A DNA stretch of 64,000 bases from Sminthopsis crassicaudata. Taxonomy: Eukaryota. Of the stretch, positions 54,766-64,000 are shown piece by piece. Both the position numbers and the translations under genes were made by a program. The DNA is taken from contig NC_133617.1 of the NCBI RefSeq assembly GCF_048593235.1, positions 68,285,767 to 68,349,766 on the forward strand, written 5' to 3'. Under the pieces are notes generated by a model, which saw only the letters and a program-made list of their open reading frames with translations, searched no databases and had not been told where the DNA came from. The stretch's first letter is position 1. The number at the start of each line of letters is the position of its first letter.

Positions 54766-55053
54766 GGATTAAATTATCTCTAAGATTTCGTCCAGATTCT
54801 GTGTTGGCTCCCAGAGTCCAATGCTACTCTCTTTTCCTGGCCCATGTATGTCTCTTTTCCCTCCCCACCCAAGGTAAGGGCAATAGTAGGGGCCACAGAG
54901 TTCCTTATGACATCAGAAAGCTGGGGGAGCAGAGGTGGGAGGGTAAAGAGGGACAGAAAGGCTGAGTTAGGACCAAAGGGGTTCTGGAAGTACAAGATCC
55001 AGGAGGGAGAAGTTGGCGGGCAGGGTCATTAAGCCCCCAGGGCTACTGGGAAG

Positions 55054-58000
55054 ATGGGCAGATGCCATTCCAAGCTGCCCCAGGTGGGAAAACCCCTGAG
55101 GCCTCAGCAGAAGGGTAAATCTCTAGGCACCCTCCTGGGGGCTCAGCTTCTCCCTACCCTATCCACATGCCCGTGGCCAAGCGGAGGGGGCCAGGATCCA
55201 GGCAGAAAGCCCAGTACCTTTCCTTGAGTTGGGGAAGAAAAGTCGAGGGGACACCATTGCAGCCTTCCTCTTGTTTAGTGCAGGTTGGAGGATAGTGCCA
55301 GCCTTGCAATCAGAAGGCCTGGGTTCAAATCTTTGGCAAAGACCAAGTCTTAGTTTTCTCATTGTATGAGACCATATGATCCTCGCCAGCTCTGCATGGT
55401 ATAAAAGGGGGCATCCCCATTCTGTATGCAGCAAGCACAAGAGTAACCATGCACATACATGTGCCAACTGCATACAGCTTACCTTCTTCCTCCCGCTCCC
55501 CAGATCTGCTCAAGTCTTACCGGATCATCTTCGTAATGGGGGGACCAGGATGTGGCAAGGGGACACAGTGTGAGAACATGGCAGCCAAGTACGGCTTCTG
55601 CCACGTGGGCCTTGGGGAGCTTTTGAGGGAGGAGGCAAATCAGGCGACTGTGCGGGGCCAGCTGATCCGGGACATCATGCTGAAGGGCCTGCTGGTGCCC
55701 ACGGTGAGGACCCAGCGTTTCCCCCTGCTCCCCACAGCGCTGCCTTTGTGGCCAGAGCCTAGAGGGGTTGGACGGGGTCCTTCCTCATGGCATCTCAAAG
55801 GGCTCTTCTGTGGCCCATAGGAACGGAACGGGCCACTATACCCATTTCACAGATTTGGGTGATTGTGTCCTTGGGCCTGGGTAACTAATTGCATGGGGTG
55901 GAAAATCAGGCTCCATTTTTCAGATATAACTGAAGCAGCTGTGGAAAGAGCCAGGTGTGGAGCAGTCAGATTGTTTAAATCTCGGGGGTGGAGGGGGTAG
56001 GTCTCAGTTTCCCCAGCTGTAAACGCCGTGGTTCCCATGATATAAAGGCTCCCAAAGTTCCCTTAGCAAGTTAGTGCAGGACCCCACACAGCCTCCCTAA
56101 TGCCCAGTCTCTGCCCCACAGGGTGTGATTCTGGACATGGTGAGTGACAACATGTTGTCCCGCCCAGACAGCAAGGGCTTTCTCATAGATGGATTCCCTC
56201 GGGAGCTCAGCCAAGCCAAGGAGTTTGAGCGCATTGTAAGTGTCTGCTTCCTCCCAGCCTCCGCCGGCTCAGCCATCTTCTTGGCCCACCTCCCACCCCC
56301 CACTTTATTAATAATTCTGAGGAAAACCTGAGATTCCAGCGCTCACCCAAAGTCTGGGGATGCCGCACCCCTCCTTCCCAATCCGGCCATCTCCCTCAAT
56401 CCCCCTTCCTTCCAGAGCAGGCTGCCGCTTTTTTTTTTTTTTTCCTGAGGCAATTGGGATCAAGTGACTTGCCCAGGGTCACACAGCTAGGAGGTGTTAA
56501 GTGTCACATTTGAACTCAAGTCCTCCTGACTTTGGGCTGAGCTCTATCCACGGCGCCACTGAGCTGCCCCTAAAGCAGGGCTTCTTAAACTTTTTCCACT
56601 CCCTTTTTGCTCAAAAAAAATTTTTACATGACCCTCAGGCATATAGGTATATAAATAGGCCTATAAATCAAACACTTATTGATAATAAATCACAGTCTAA
56701 TAACCCCCATGTTCAGTTATGTGATTCCACATGGGGTCAAGATCTGCTTTGTTGTAGAGAAATCACCTTTAAGGGGTCTGGGACAGGAAGTGGAGTGTGA
56801 AGAAGGGGCGTGTCATCCAGTAGCTGAGGACCTGAACCAGGCCATGCAGATGCAGCCAGCGCAGAATTTTCCTATTTCGGGTCAAAGAACAGGGAATTGC
56901 AAAACAGAAAGATCCTTTTAGTCTTTGGAGTCCTTCTGCAGTCTTTCCAGTATTTATTAAGCGCCTACTGTGTGCCAGGCACAATATAAAGAATGGCAAA
57001 AGACAGTTCCTTTTTTCAAGGAGTCATAATGTAAAGGGAGGCAACATGCCAACAAATAGGTCCAAACAAGCAAGCAAAAGTCACAAGTTACCGGATGGAA
57101 TCAACAGAGGGAAGGCATTAGAATTAGGAGGGACTGGAAAAGGTGGCAGAGAATGCCTGGTTGGATGAGTTGAAAACAGGGAGAAAGGCGATCTTTGGAA
57201 AGGCAGTGCAGTGTGCTAGAAAGAACTTGGAGTGAGAGTCTGCGCTCCCTTAGGACCTGTGTAATGGCAGGCAAGTTGCCTTCGGTCTCACAGCCTCACT
57301 GGTCCCATCTGTAAAACGAGCCAGTTTGACTCAATGATCTCTAAGATCTCCAGATCTAAAGTGATGAAATTAAAGCAAAATGCAATAAATTTGGGCTGAA
57401 TTTCTAAAGAAAAAAAAAAATAGATTCAGAGCCTTGGAATTTAGAAACCAAGACCATGATGTGATGATCTTGGGCAATTAAAAAAACAGCTTTTCTTTGC
57501 CTATCACTTTTATTTCCAAATCTATGCCTTGCAACAATGAATTTAAAAAGTAAAGAAAAAGTTGGTCAGCAGAAGACCTCGTTGTAAATTGCTTAGTTTC
57601 TTTAAACATAAGTTTGCTTTTGAGTCCAAGTCATGTCTGACTCTTTGTTGAGTCTGTTTGGGATTTTTCTTGGCAGACATACTGGAGTAATTATGCCACT
57701 TCCTTGTCTGGCTCATTTTTACAAATGAGGAAACTGAGGCAAACAGGATTAAATGCCTAGGGTCACACAGCTCGTGTCTGAGGCTGGATTTGAACTCAGG
57801 GCCTCCTGACTCTAGGGCCAACTTTTCCATCTTGCTACCCATAAAAACATAACTTTCCCCGTTGTGTAAAAATGGAGACACACAACTTATCAGAATTGTT
57901 ACCAAAAAAAAAAAATACAACACTTTGTAAAAGTTGCTATAAAAACTTGATTTTTGATATTACCTATAACAACAGTAATAGTTCTTAATCTGTATAGTGT

Positions 58001-60548
58001 TCTACAGTTTACAGAACATTTTCTTAAGAACAGGATTTTTGGGGGGGATTCCCATTTTATTCCCATTTTACAGATGGAAAACCAGGGCCCGCAAAGTTTG
58101 AGGTAAGTGACTTAGAAAGGTCACACAGGCATGTGTTTCATAGTTTTTTGAGATACGAGAGACCTAAAAAATCATTTAGCTCAAACTTAATCATTTTACA
58201 AATGCAGAAACTGAAGCCCAGAAAGGGAAAGTTTGAGTTTTGAACCCAGACCTTCTGATTCCCTGTCCGTTACTCTTCCTTTGACATTCTCAGAAGCAGT
58301 CTCAGAGTTAAAAAATACAAACAGCCCCCCCTCCCTCCAAACCTACTCAAGAAGGCTAATTTGGCTTTTACTACTACTGTGACTCTGGGCAAGTTATTAA
58401 GTCTCTTCTCAGTTACCTCATCTGTAAAATGGGGCATTAATAGTACCTGCTTCCCAGGTACCATTTTGGATCAAAAGCTTAGAGCACAGGGCCTGGAGCC
58501 TAATAAACACTATGTAAATGTTACTACTCATCACCATTATCATTACTGATTTTACATGTGTGGGTGAGCCAACCTGTACACGAGTAGGATTGCTCCCTCT
58601 GACACCCCCAAGCACGGCCATCCATTCTCCTCTTGAGCACCTCCAAAGGCAGGGCCCTGATTCTTGGAAGGCCCATCTGCCCTCTTCACAACTGCTCCTA
58701 ACTAGGCCCTCACTGCTCCCTCAGTCAGCATCTGAGACTGGAGGGGGACAGCGAGGGGGGACCCCTGCAGCCTCTTCCCTTGCCTCACCCCACCAGGTGG
58801 GCCGCTCCCCCAACATCGTCATCGTCTTTGACTGCTCCACGGAGACCATGATTCACCGGGTGTTGCTTCGAGGCCAGGAGGAGCACCGTGAAGATGATGT
58901 GGAGGACATTGTACGCCAGCGGCTGGAGACCCATTACACCCTGTGCGAGCCCATCCTGGCTTTCTACCAGCAGAAAAACCTTCTCCGGAATGTAGGTGCT
59001 CCTACGGCCTGTGCTCAGGCTTTCCCCTGTAGAAGTGAAGGGGGGTGTGTGTGAAGTATTCCCTGCTGGGAGAGGGCTGAGGAAAAGGGGAGGGTCTCTG
59101 CTTCCATTTACAGGAAAGTCTGGAGGGCAGCAGAATAAGAAGCAAACCGAAAGATCCCAGCCCAGGACTGGGTCCAACAGTGGCCCAGCCACTTGGTTTG
59201 TGACCTAAAGCAAACCATTTCCCCTCTTTGAAGCTTTTCATTTCAAGATTGTAAGATAAGGGGGGGCGGGCTGGATGATGTCTAAGTTCCCTCTGCACTC
59301 CAGCATTCTGTGTACTATGAGCTCAGGTTCCCCTGACTCATTTAACATTCTACATTCTGTGATCTGAATTCCTTCTAGCTCCATTAGTCTGAGTCATAGA
59401 ATCTTAAGTTGGAAGGGAGGGGACCCCAAGGCCCAGCTCAACCTCTCCTGAACCCCACCCAGCCTGGAAAATGCCATCCAGGTTGGGCTTGGAGGCAGAC
59501 CCCTTGCAGGCAAGCCACTCGACCTCTGTTTGCCTCGGTACCTCATCTGCAAAGTGGGGAACAATGTGAGGAGGATTGATAGATAATAAAGTGTCTGGCA
59601 CATAGTAAGTGCTATACAAATGTTTATTGTTATTATTAGCTGTTATTAGTGAGGCACAAGTCACTGGTCTGAGCATCCCATCCCATTCTAACATAGCTCT
59701 AATTATGTGGTAGTTTTTCATCACCTCAAACTTAAATTTGTCTACTTACAACTTCAACTCATTGTTCCTAGTTCTGGGACTTTCCCTTTCAATGACTCAT
59801 TTTTTTTCCACCTGAAAAATGGAAAAGGGAACAGAGTTTTGTCCCCTGAGAATCCTGGGCAGTTATGAGTGCCCTAAGATACCCACGTTAGCCAGGGATG
59901 AGCTGCCACTCTTTTTGGGTCCAAGTCACTGCCCCCTCTGTAGGTCTGTTTTAGGGGGGTGCTCATTTCCAGTTCTGATATCCCATGATTTATTCTCCTC
60001 TTCAGCCATTTTAAAATAGAAAATTACTTTTTAAATTTATAGCCAGTGAGAGGTGATTACTGCTAATCTTGTTAGCAAACCATAAGCTGCATGATATCTT
60101 CTTCAGCTCTTGATCAGAATTATCAGAAAGCAGCCTAGAGCAGGGGACACAGATCTAGCTTCCCCCTCTGATGTTGAAATGGCATGTTAGATGTCAGGTT
60201 GGGCCTGCATTTGAAGTCAGAGCAATGTGGATTTAAATCCTGACTCTCAAATTTGTTCTGCTCGTGTGATCTTGACATTATTTCTCAGTTTCCTTATCTG
60301 AAAAATAAATGGGGTTGATATCTGAAGTCCCTGACAACTCTGCCTCCCATGACAAGTAATCCCCATTTCTGGGCATGGGGTGGTGGTAGTGATGCACTTG
60401 GGGGGAAGTAAGGACAGGGGTCCCTCCTCACGTGGCCTGGACCTGACCCTTCCCCCTCCATACCTACCACCTCCTTCAGATCCTGGCAGAAGATGCTGCA
60501 GAAAATATCTTTGCCAAATGCTGTTCCGTCATTGACAGTCTGCAGTAG
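55054..60548 (+). CDS. Uncharacterised adenylate kinase isoenzyme 1-like (AK1/AK5/CMPK short-LID family) protein, 212 aa. Exons 55054-55114, 55504-55703, 56122-56235, 58797-58991, 60480-60548
   Basis: Spliced product MGRCHSKLPQVGKPLRPQQK|DLLKSYRIIFVMGGPGCGKGTQCENMAAKYGFCHVGLGELLREE...GLLVPT|GVILDMVSDNMLSRPDSKGFLIDGFPRELSQAKEFERI|VGRSPNIVIVFDCSTETMIHRVLLRGQEEHREDDVEDIVRQRLETHYTLCEPILAFYQQKNLLRN|ILAEDAAENIFAKCCSVIDSLQ*. It has a P-loop, DG(F/Y)PR and R-x3-R-x5-R-x-DD motifs, no stops or frameshifts, and canonical splice sites. Exon 1 is chosen by phase match and strong Kozak (aagATGg), so it is less certain than exons 2-5. Confidence 0.92.
55400..55407 (+). promoter_or_regulatory. Consensus TATA box (TATAAAAG) in intron 1 of the AK1-like gene; possible alternative promoter
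   Basis: Perfect TATAAAAG followed by G-rich flank, about 42 nt before an in-frame ATG (55449, aaccATG). Confidence 0.35.
56428..56570 (-). mobile_element. WSINE1-type SINE in AK1-like intron 3
   Basis: Poly-T then cctgaggcaattggg..gtgacttgcccagggtcacacagctagg...gctgcccc. Confidence 0.85.
56576..56750. mobile_element. Probable hAT-family MITE
   Basis: Starts cagggcttcttaaactttttccactc, with gaccc/ggggtc internal motifs typical of Charlie-type elements. Confidence 0.4.
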
Positions 60549-61589
60549 AACCAGAGGCCCTCCCCCTACCCCCACTGGAGGACCACAGCTCCAAGATGCT
60601 CACCGCCAGGACAGCCCAGAGCCTCAGCATTACCAACAAACACTTCCTGGGGCCCTCCATGAGGTAAAAGGGAGGGGGCCTGGGATATCCCTGTACAGCA
60701 AAGTCGAGCAACGCAACGGGCCAGGCCCGTGTTCCCCGAGCATCACCTAAAACACCCGCGTTAGCCAGGGATGGTCAAGTCCCAAGGGCCGGTCCTGCCA
60801 CTCTTTTTGGGTCCCAGTCACCACCCCTCTGTGGGTCTGTTTCAGGAGTGCTCCCCTCCAGTTCTGATAACCCATGATTTATTCTCTCCTTCAGTTCTCG
60901 ATCAGAATTATCAGAAGGCAGCCGAGAGTAGTGGAATAGAGTAGGGGAAACAAGAAAATTGGATTCCAATCCCATGTCGAAGTCTAACTTACTGGGCGCC
61001 CCGGACACATTGTCTTGCTGGTTGTCTCTCTCTATAAGATATTATGGGCACCTATGGGCAGTTGGACAAGTGCCAGTGTGGAGACTGGGCGACCCGGGTT
61101 TAAATCAGGATTCAGATGCCTGCTAGCTGCGTGAGCCTGGGCAAGCCCAGCGACCTGTGGAGCCTTTTTCCTCAACTATAAAACAGCTAATATAATTCTC
61201 GTGCCATCTAATACTTCAAGGGGTTGTCATGAAGAAAGTGCATTATGAGTCCTACAGGGCTCTAGAGAAGGAGACAGTGCTTTCCCATCCTTGGAGGACC
61301 GAGATGGCCGGCCTCTTTTCCAAGGGTTAATGGGGGTGTAGAGACAGTAGTCTGTGGTACAATGGGAAGAATAATGACTTTCAGAAGACCAGAGTTTGAC
61401 TACCAGCTCTGGGCCACTGTGGACAAGTCACAACCTCCCAGGGTGCTCCATTCCCTCTGTAAAATCCAGCCCCAAACCCTGTGATTCTCATGTAACCAAT
61501 AGCTGATACCCTGAAAAGCAAAGCTGCCTGACTGTACTCACGTCTCCCTTCTCTCCTCAAGACTACACTGTGTCTCCTTAGAGGGTTGC

Positions 61590-61815
61590 ATTCTCCTCCT
61601 CAAATCTCTCTCCTCCATTTCTCTTTCTTTACCCTCCCTTCCCCCCTTTCTCTCCTCTTCCTTCTTTCTCTCTCTCGTTTCTATTTCTTTCTTCTCTGTT
61701 TCCCCGTGTCTATCTTTCTTCTCTCTCTGTCTCCATCACTTTGTGTCTGTGTGTGTCTCTCTCTGTCTCTGTCTCTCTCCTCACCTCTTTCCCCCTCACT
61801 CCCTTCTCTCTCTCT
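61590..61815. repeat. CT-rich polypyrimidine low-complexity tract
   Basis: Almost purine-free on the + strand. Confidence 0.85.
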
Positions 61816-61818
61816 TAA

Positions 61819-61922
61819 GGGCAGCTGGTAATGAAATCAAGTGCTAGGCCTGGAGTCAGGAAGACCTGATTTCAAATCTGGCCTCAAATACTTACTACCT
61901 GTGTGACTCTGGGCAAGTCACT
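61819..61922 (+). mobile_element. CORE-SINE cut by assembly gap
   Basis: gggcagctgg...ggcctggagtcaggaagacctgatttcaaatc...ctgggcaagtcact. Confidence 0.75.
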
Positions 61923-62636
61923 NNNNNNNNNNNNNNNNNNNNNNNNNNNNNNNNNNNNNNNNNNNNNNNNNNNNNNNNNNNNNNNNNNNNNNNNNNNNNN
62001 NNNNNNNNNNNNNNNNNNNNNNNNNNNNNNNNNNNNNNNNNNNNNNNNNNNNNNNNNNNNNNNNNNNNNNNNNNNNNNNNNNNNNNNNNNNTTCTAGGGA
62101 ATGAAACAGGAAAGGCATTTGATGTCTAGCCCCAGTTACCCAAGTTCTCACTGTACTGCTTTTTAGTACATGGGGAAAAGTAAAAGTTCAGTTTAAAATC
62201 CCACTGTTTTGAAGATTTATCACTTCCTAGTAAAAACACATAAAAATGCTAAGTTCTAAGATCTGGTCACTAGAACAGAATTGATTCTTCTGATTTTTTT
62301 TTTTTTTTTTGTACTTTTATTTCAGCTAACTGCTGGCATCTCCCATCAGCCCACTATGTATTCCACTAATGAACAAACAGGCCACCCACAAATGTTATGT
62401 TCAACCATAGCTTTTATGTGAAGAAAAAATCAAAATAAAGAAACAACTTAAACCTAGTGAGGAAACATATCACAAATTGATGCCAGCTAGTGACCAGCAA
62501 TGGGGAAAGGAAATTTGGAGAGAGGACATTTTTTAACCCTTTCTCAGCCTCTTGAAGAGAAATGGTTTGGTTCAGTCTCCTTTCTTAAGGAATTTTATAT
62601 AAGGAATTTTATTATATATTCCTTATTTATATAAGG

Positions 62637-62640
<4 letters not shown>

Positions 62641-62674
<34 letters not shown>

Positions 62675-62730
62675 ACATCCACATGCACAAACATATATAA
62701 ATATAGATAGATATATACATACACATATAT
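62641..62730. repeat. (CA)n / (TA)n microsatellite
   Basis: (AC)14-like run followed by TA/CA mixed repeats. Confidence 0.85.
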
Positions 62731-63175
62731 GTCTTTTATGATCAGAAATACAACTAAAAGGCTTTTTTGCTAGATTAAGAGGGCAAAATCCTACAAGCCT
62801 CAGGATTCTTGGCAAGGTTTTAAACTATTTCCTCTGTGAAAGTTCAGAACTCCATCCTGCCCATGGGGGAATCTTGACTGGTGAAATACCCCATTTCACT
62901 AGAGAAGGAGCCTTTTTAAGGGGGTAAACATTACTTCATTGGTTCTCACTCATAACACATGAAGGAGGTTGGTAGAGAAGTCATTAACAGCATTTTCCAG
63001 ATGAGGAAACTCAAGATCCAGGAAAGGAGACATGAGCAGGTGACATTTCCATCACACCTGAAGTTTTGCAAAGCATTTTCCAACTATTTTGTCATCTCAG
63101 CCTCCTGCAAAGCAGGTACAAATGACTTGTTTCCTGTCAACCAGGAAGTAAGGAACAGATTTGAACTCAACTCCT

Positions 63176-63207
63176 TTAGATCCGGGGATGTTAGATCCGG
63201 GGATGTT
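63176..63207. repeat. Exact 15-bp tandem duplication (TTAGATCCGGGGATG x2)
   Basis: Read directly at 63176-63190 and 63191-63205. Confidence 0.9.
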
Positions 63208-63589
63208 TCTCCAGGAAAAGCAGTGTTATGGGTTCTCTTGGGAGAAAAAAAGCCATGGGAATATTGGGTACCAAGCATTAATCGATAATCCATAGTTTCA
63301 CAACCCACAACCTCCCAAGAAAAAAGTCTCAGTTCTCTAGTACAGGAAAATAACTGAATAGAATTCTAAAGGGAGACACCAGGCAGGTGGCTCTGGGTCC
63401 TCCTAGAATGGACAGGAGGACACAGGAGTGAGGGAGAGGAGGTCTGGAGCTCCACTCCTGCTCCCATCCACCCCCAAGTAGCACTGTCTCCCACTCCAAA
63501 AACAGTAGTGCCATACATAAGGTGGGTTTGTTTTTAAGCAAAAAAGGAGGGAAAGGGGAGAAGAAAAAAAGTGGATCTATGGAAAACTC

Positions 63590-64000
63590 TTTCTCTGTGT
63601 ATCTCCCTCATTCTCTGTATCTGCCTCTCTCTCTCTATCTTTTTCTGTCTTTGTTTCCATGTCTCTGTTTCTCTATCTCTCTATCTCTTTTGTCTCTATC
63701 TCTATTTCTCTGTTTCTTATCTGTCTCTCCCTTTTTTCTCTCCTTCCCCTTTCCCCTCCCTTTCTCTCTCTCTTTCCCCTCTGTCTCTGTATCTCCCTGT
63801 TTATGTCTGTCTCTCTCTTTTTATTTTTTTATTCTTTCTCCTCTCTGTATCTCTCCCTCCTCCTTCCCTTTTCCCCTCCCTTTCCCTCTCTCTTTTCCCC
63901 TCTGTCTCTTTCTGTATCTCCCTGTCTCTCTGAATTTCTCTCTCTGGTTTTATTTCTCTATTCTTTCTCCTCTCTGTCTCTGTCTCTCTCTTTTTTTTTT
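63590..64000. repeat. CT-rich low-complexity/(CT)n-like tract to window end
   Basis: About 400 nt of tctc/tccc repeats. Confidence 0.9.

Noticed and set aside
60549-64000. KHSRP coding exons expected by human synteny
   Set aside because: No KH-domain or DUF1897-like coding sequence is found before the window end.

Overview
Eukaryotic (mammalian) genomic DNA. The tRNA/CORE-derived WSINE1-type SINEs, marsupial-type L1s and BovB-like RTE fragments point to a marsupial, most likely a dasyurid (inference). There are three N-gaps (8366-8526, 17853-18013, 61923-62091). The left half (1-31 kb) has no host gene that I can see: it is nested L1s (several with exact target-site duplications), L2, RTE, SINEs and a cluster of solo LTRs. 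The right half is a compact GC-rich gene cluster syntenic with human 19p13.3: CLPP (+), ALKBH7 (+), PSPN (-), GTF2F1 (-), then an intact 5-exon, 212-aa adenylate kinase 1-like paralogue (+) that is not AK1 itself. I reconstructed all exon chains by hand from GT-AG junctions and phases. Top leads: (1) the AK1-like gene, with an N-myristoylation/palmitoylation-type N-terminus, a possible TATA-driven intron-1 promoter giving a non-acylated isoform, and an altered NMP-binding motif; (2) a triplicated 5' splice site in the last GTF2F1 intron that could yield an NMD-targeted isoform; (3) a frame-broken CLPP first exon (extra intron or indel); (4) a young SINE carrying an optimal CTCF motif upstream of CLPP; (5) an Arg-to-His-shifted persephin. 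No tRNA, rRNA or CRISPR features were seen.
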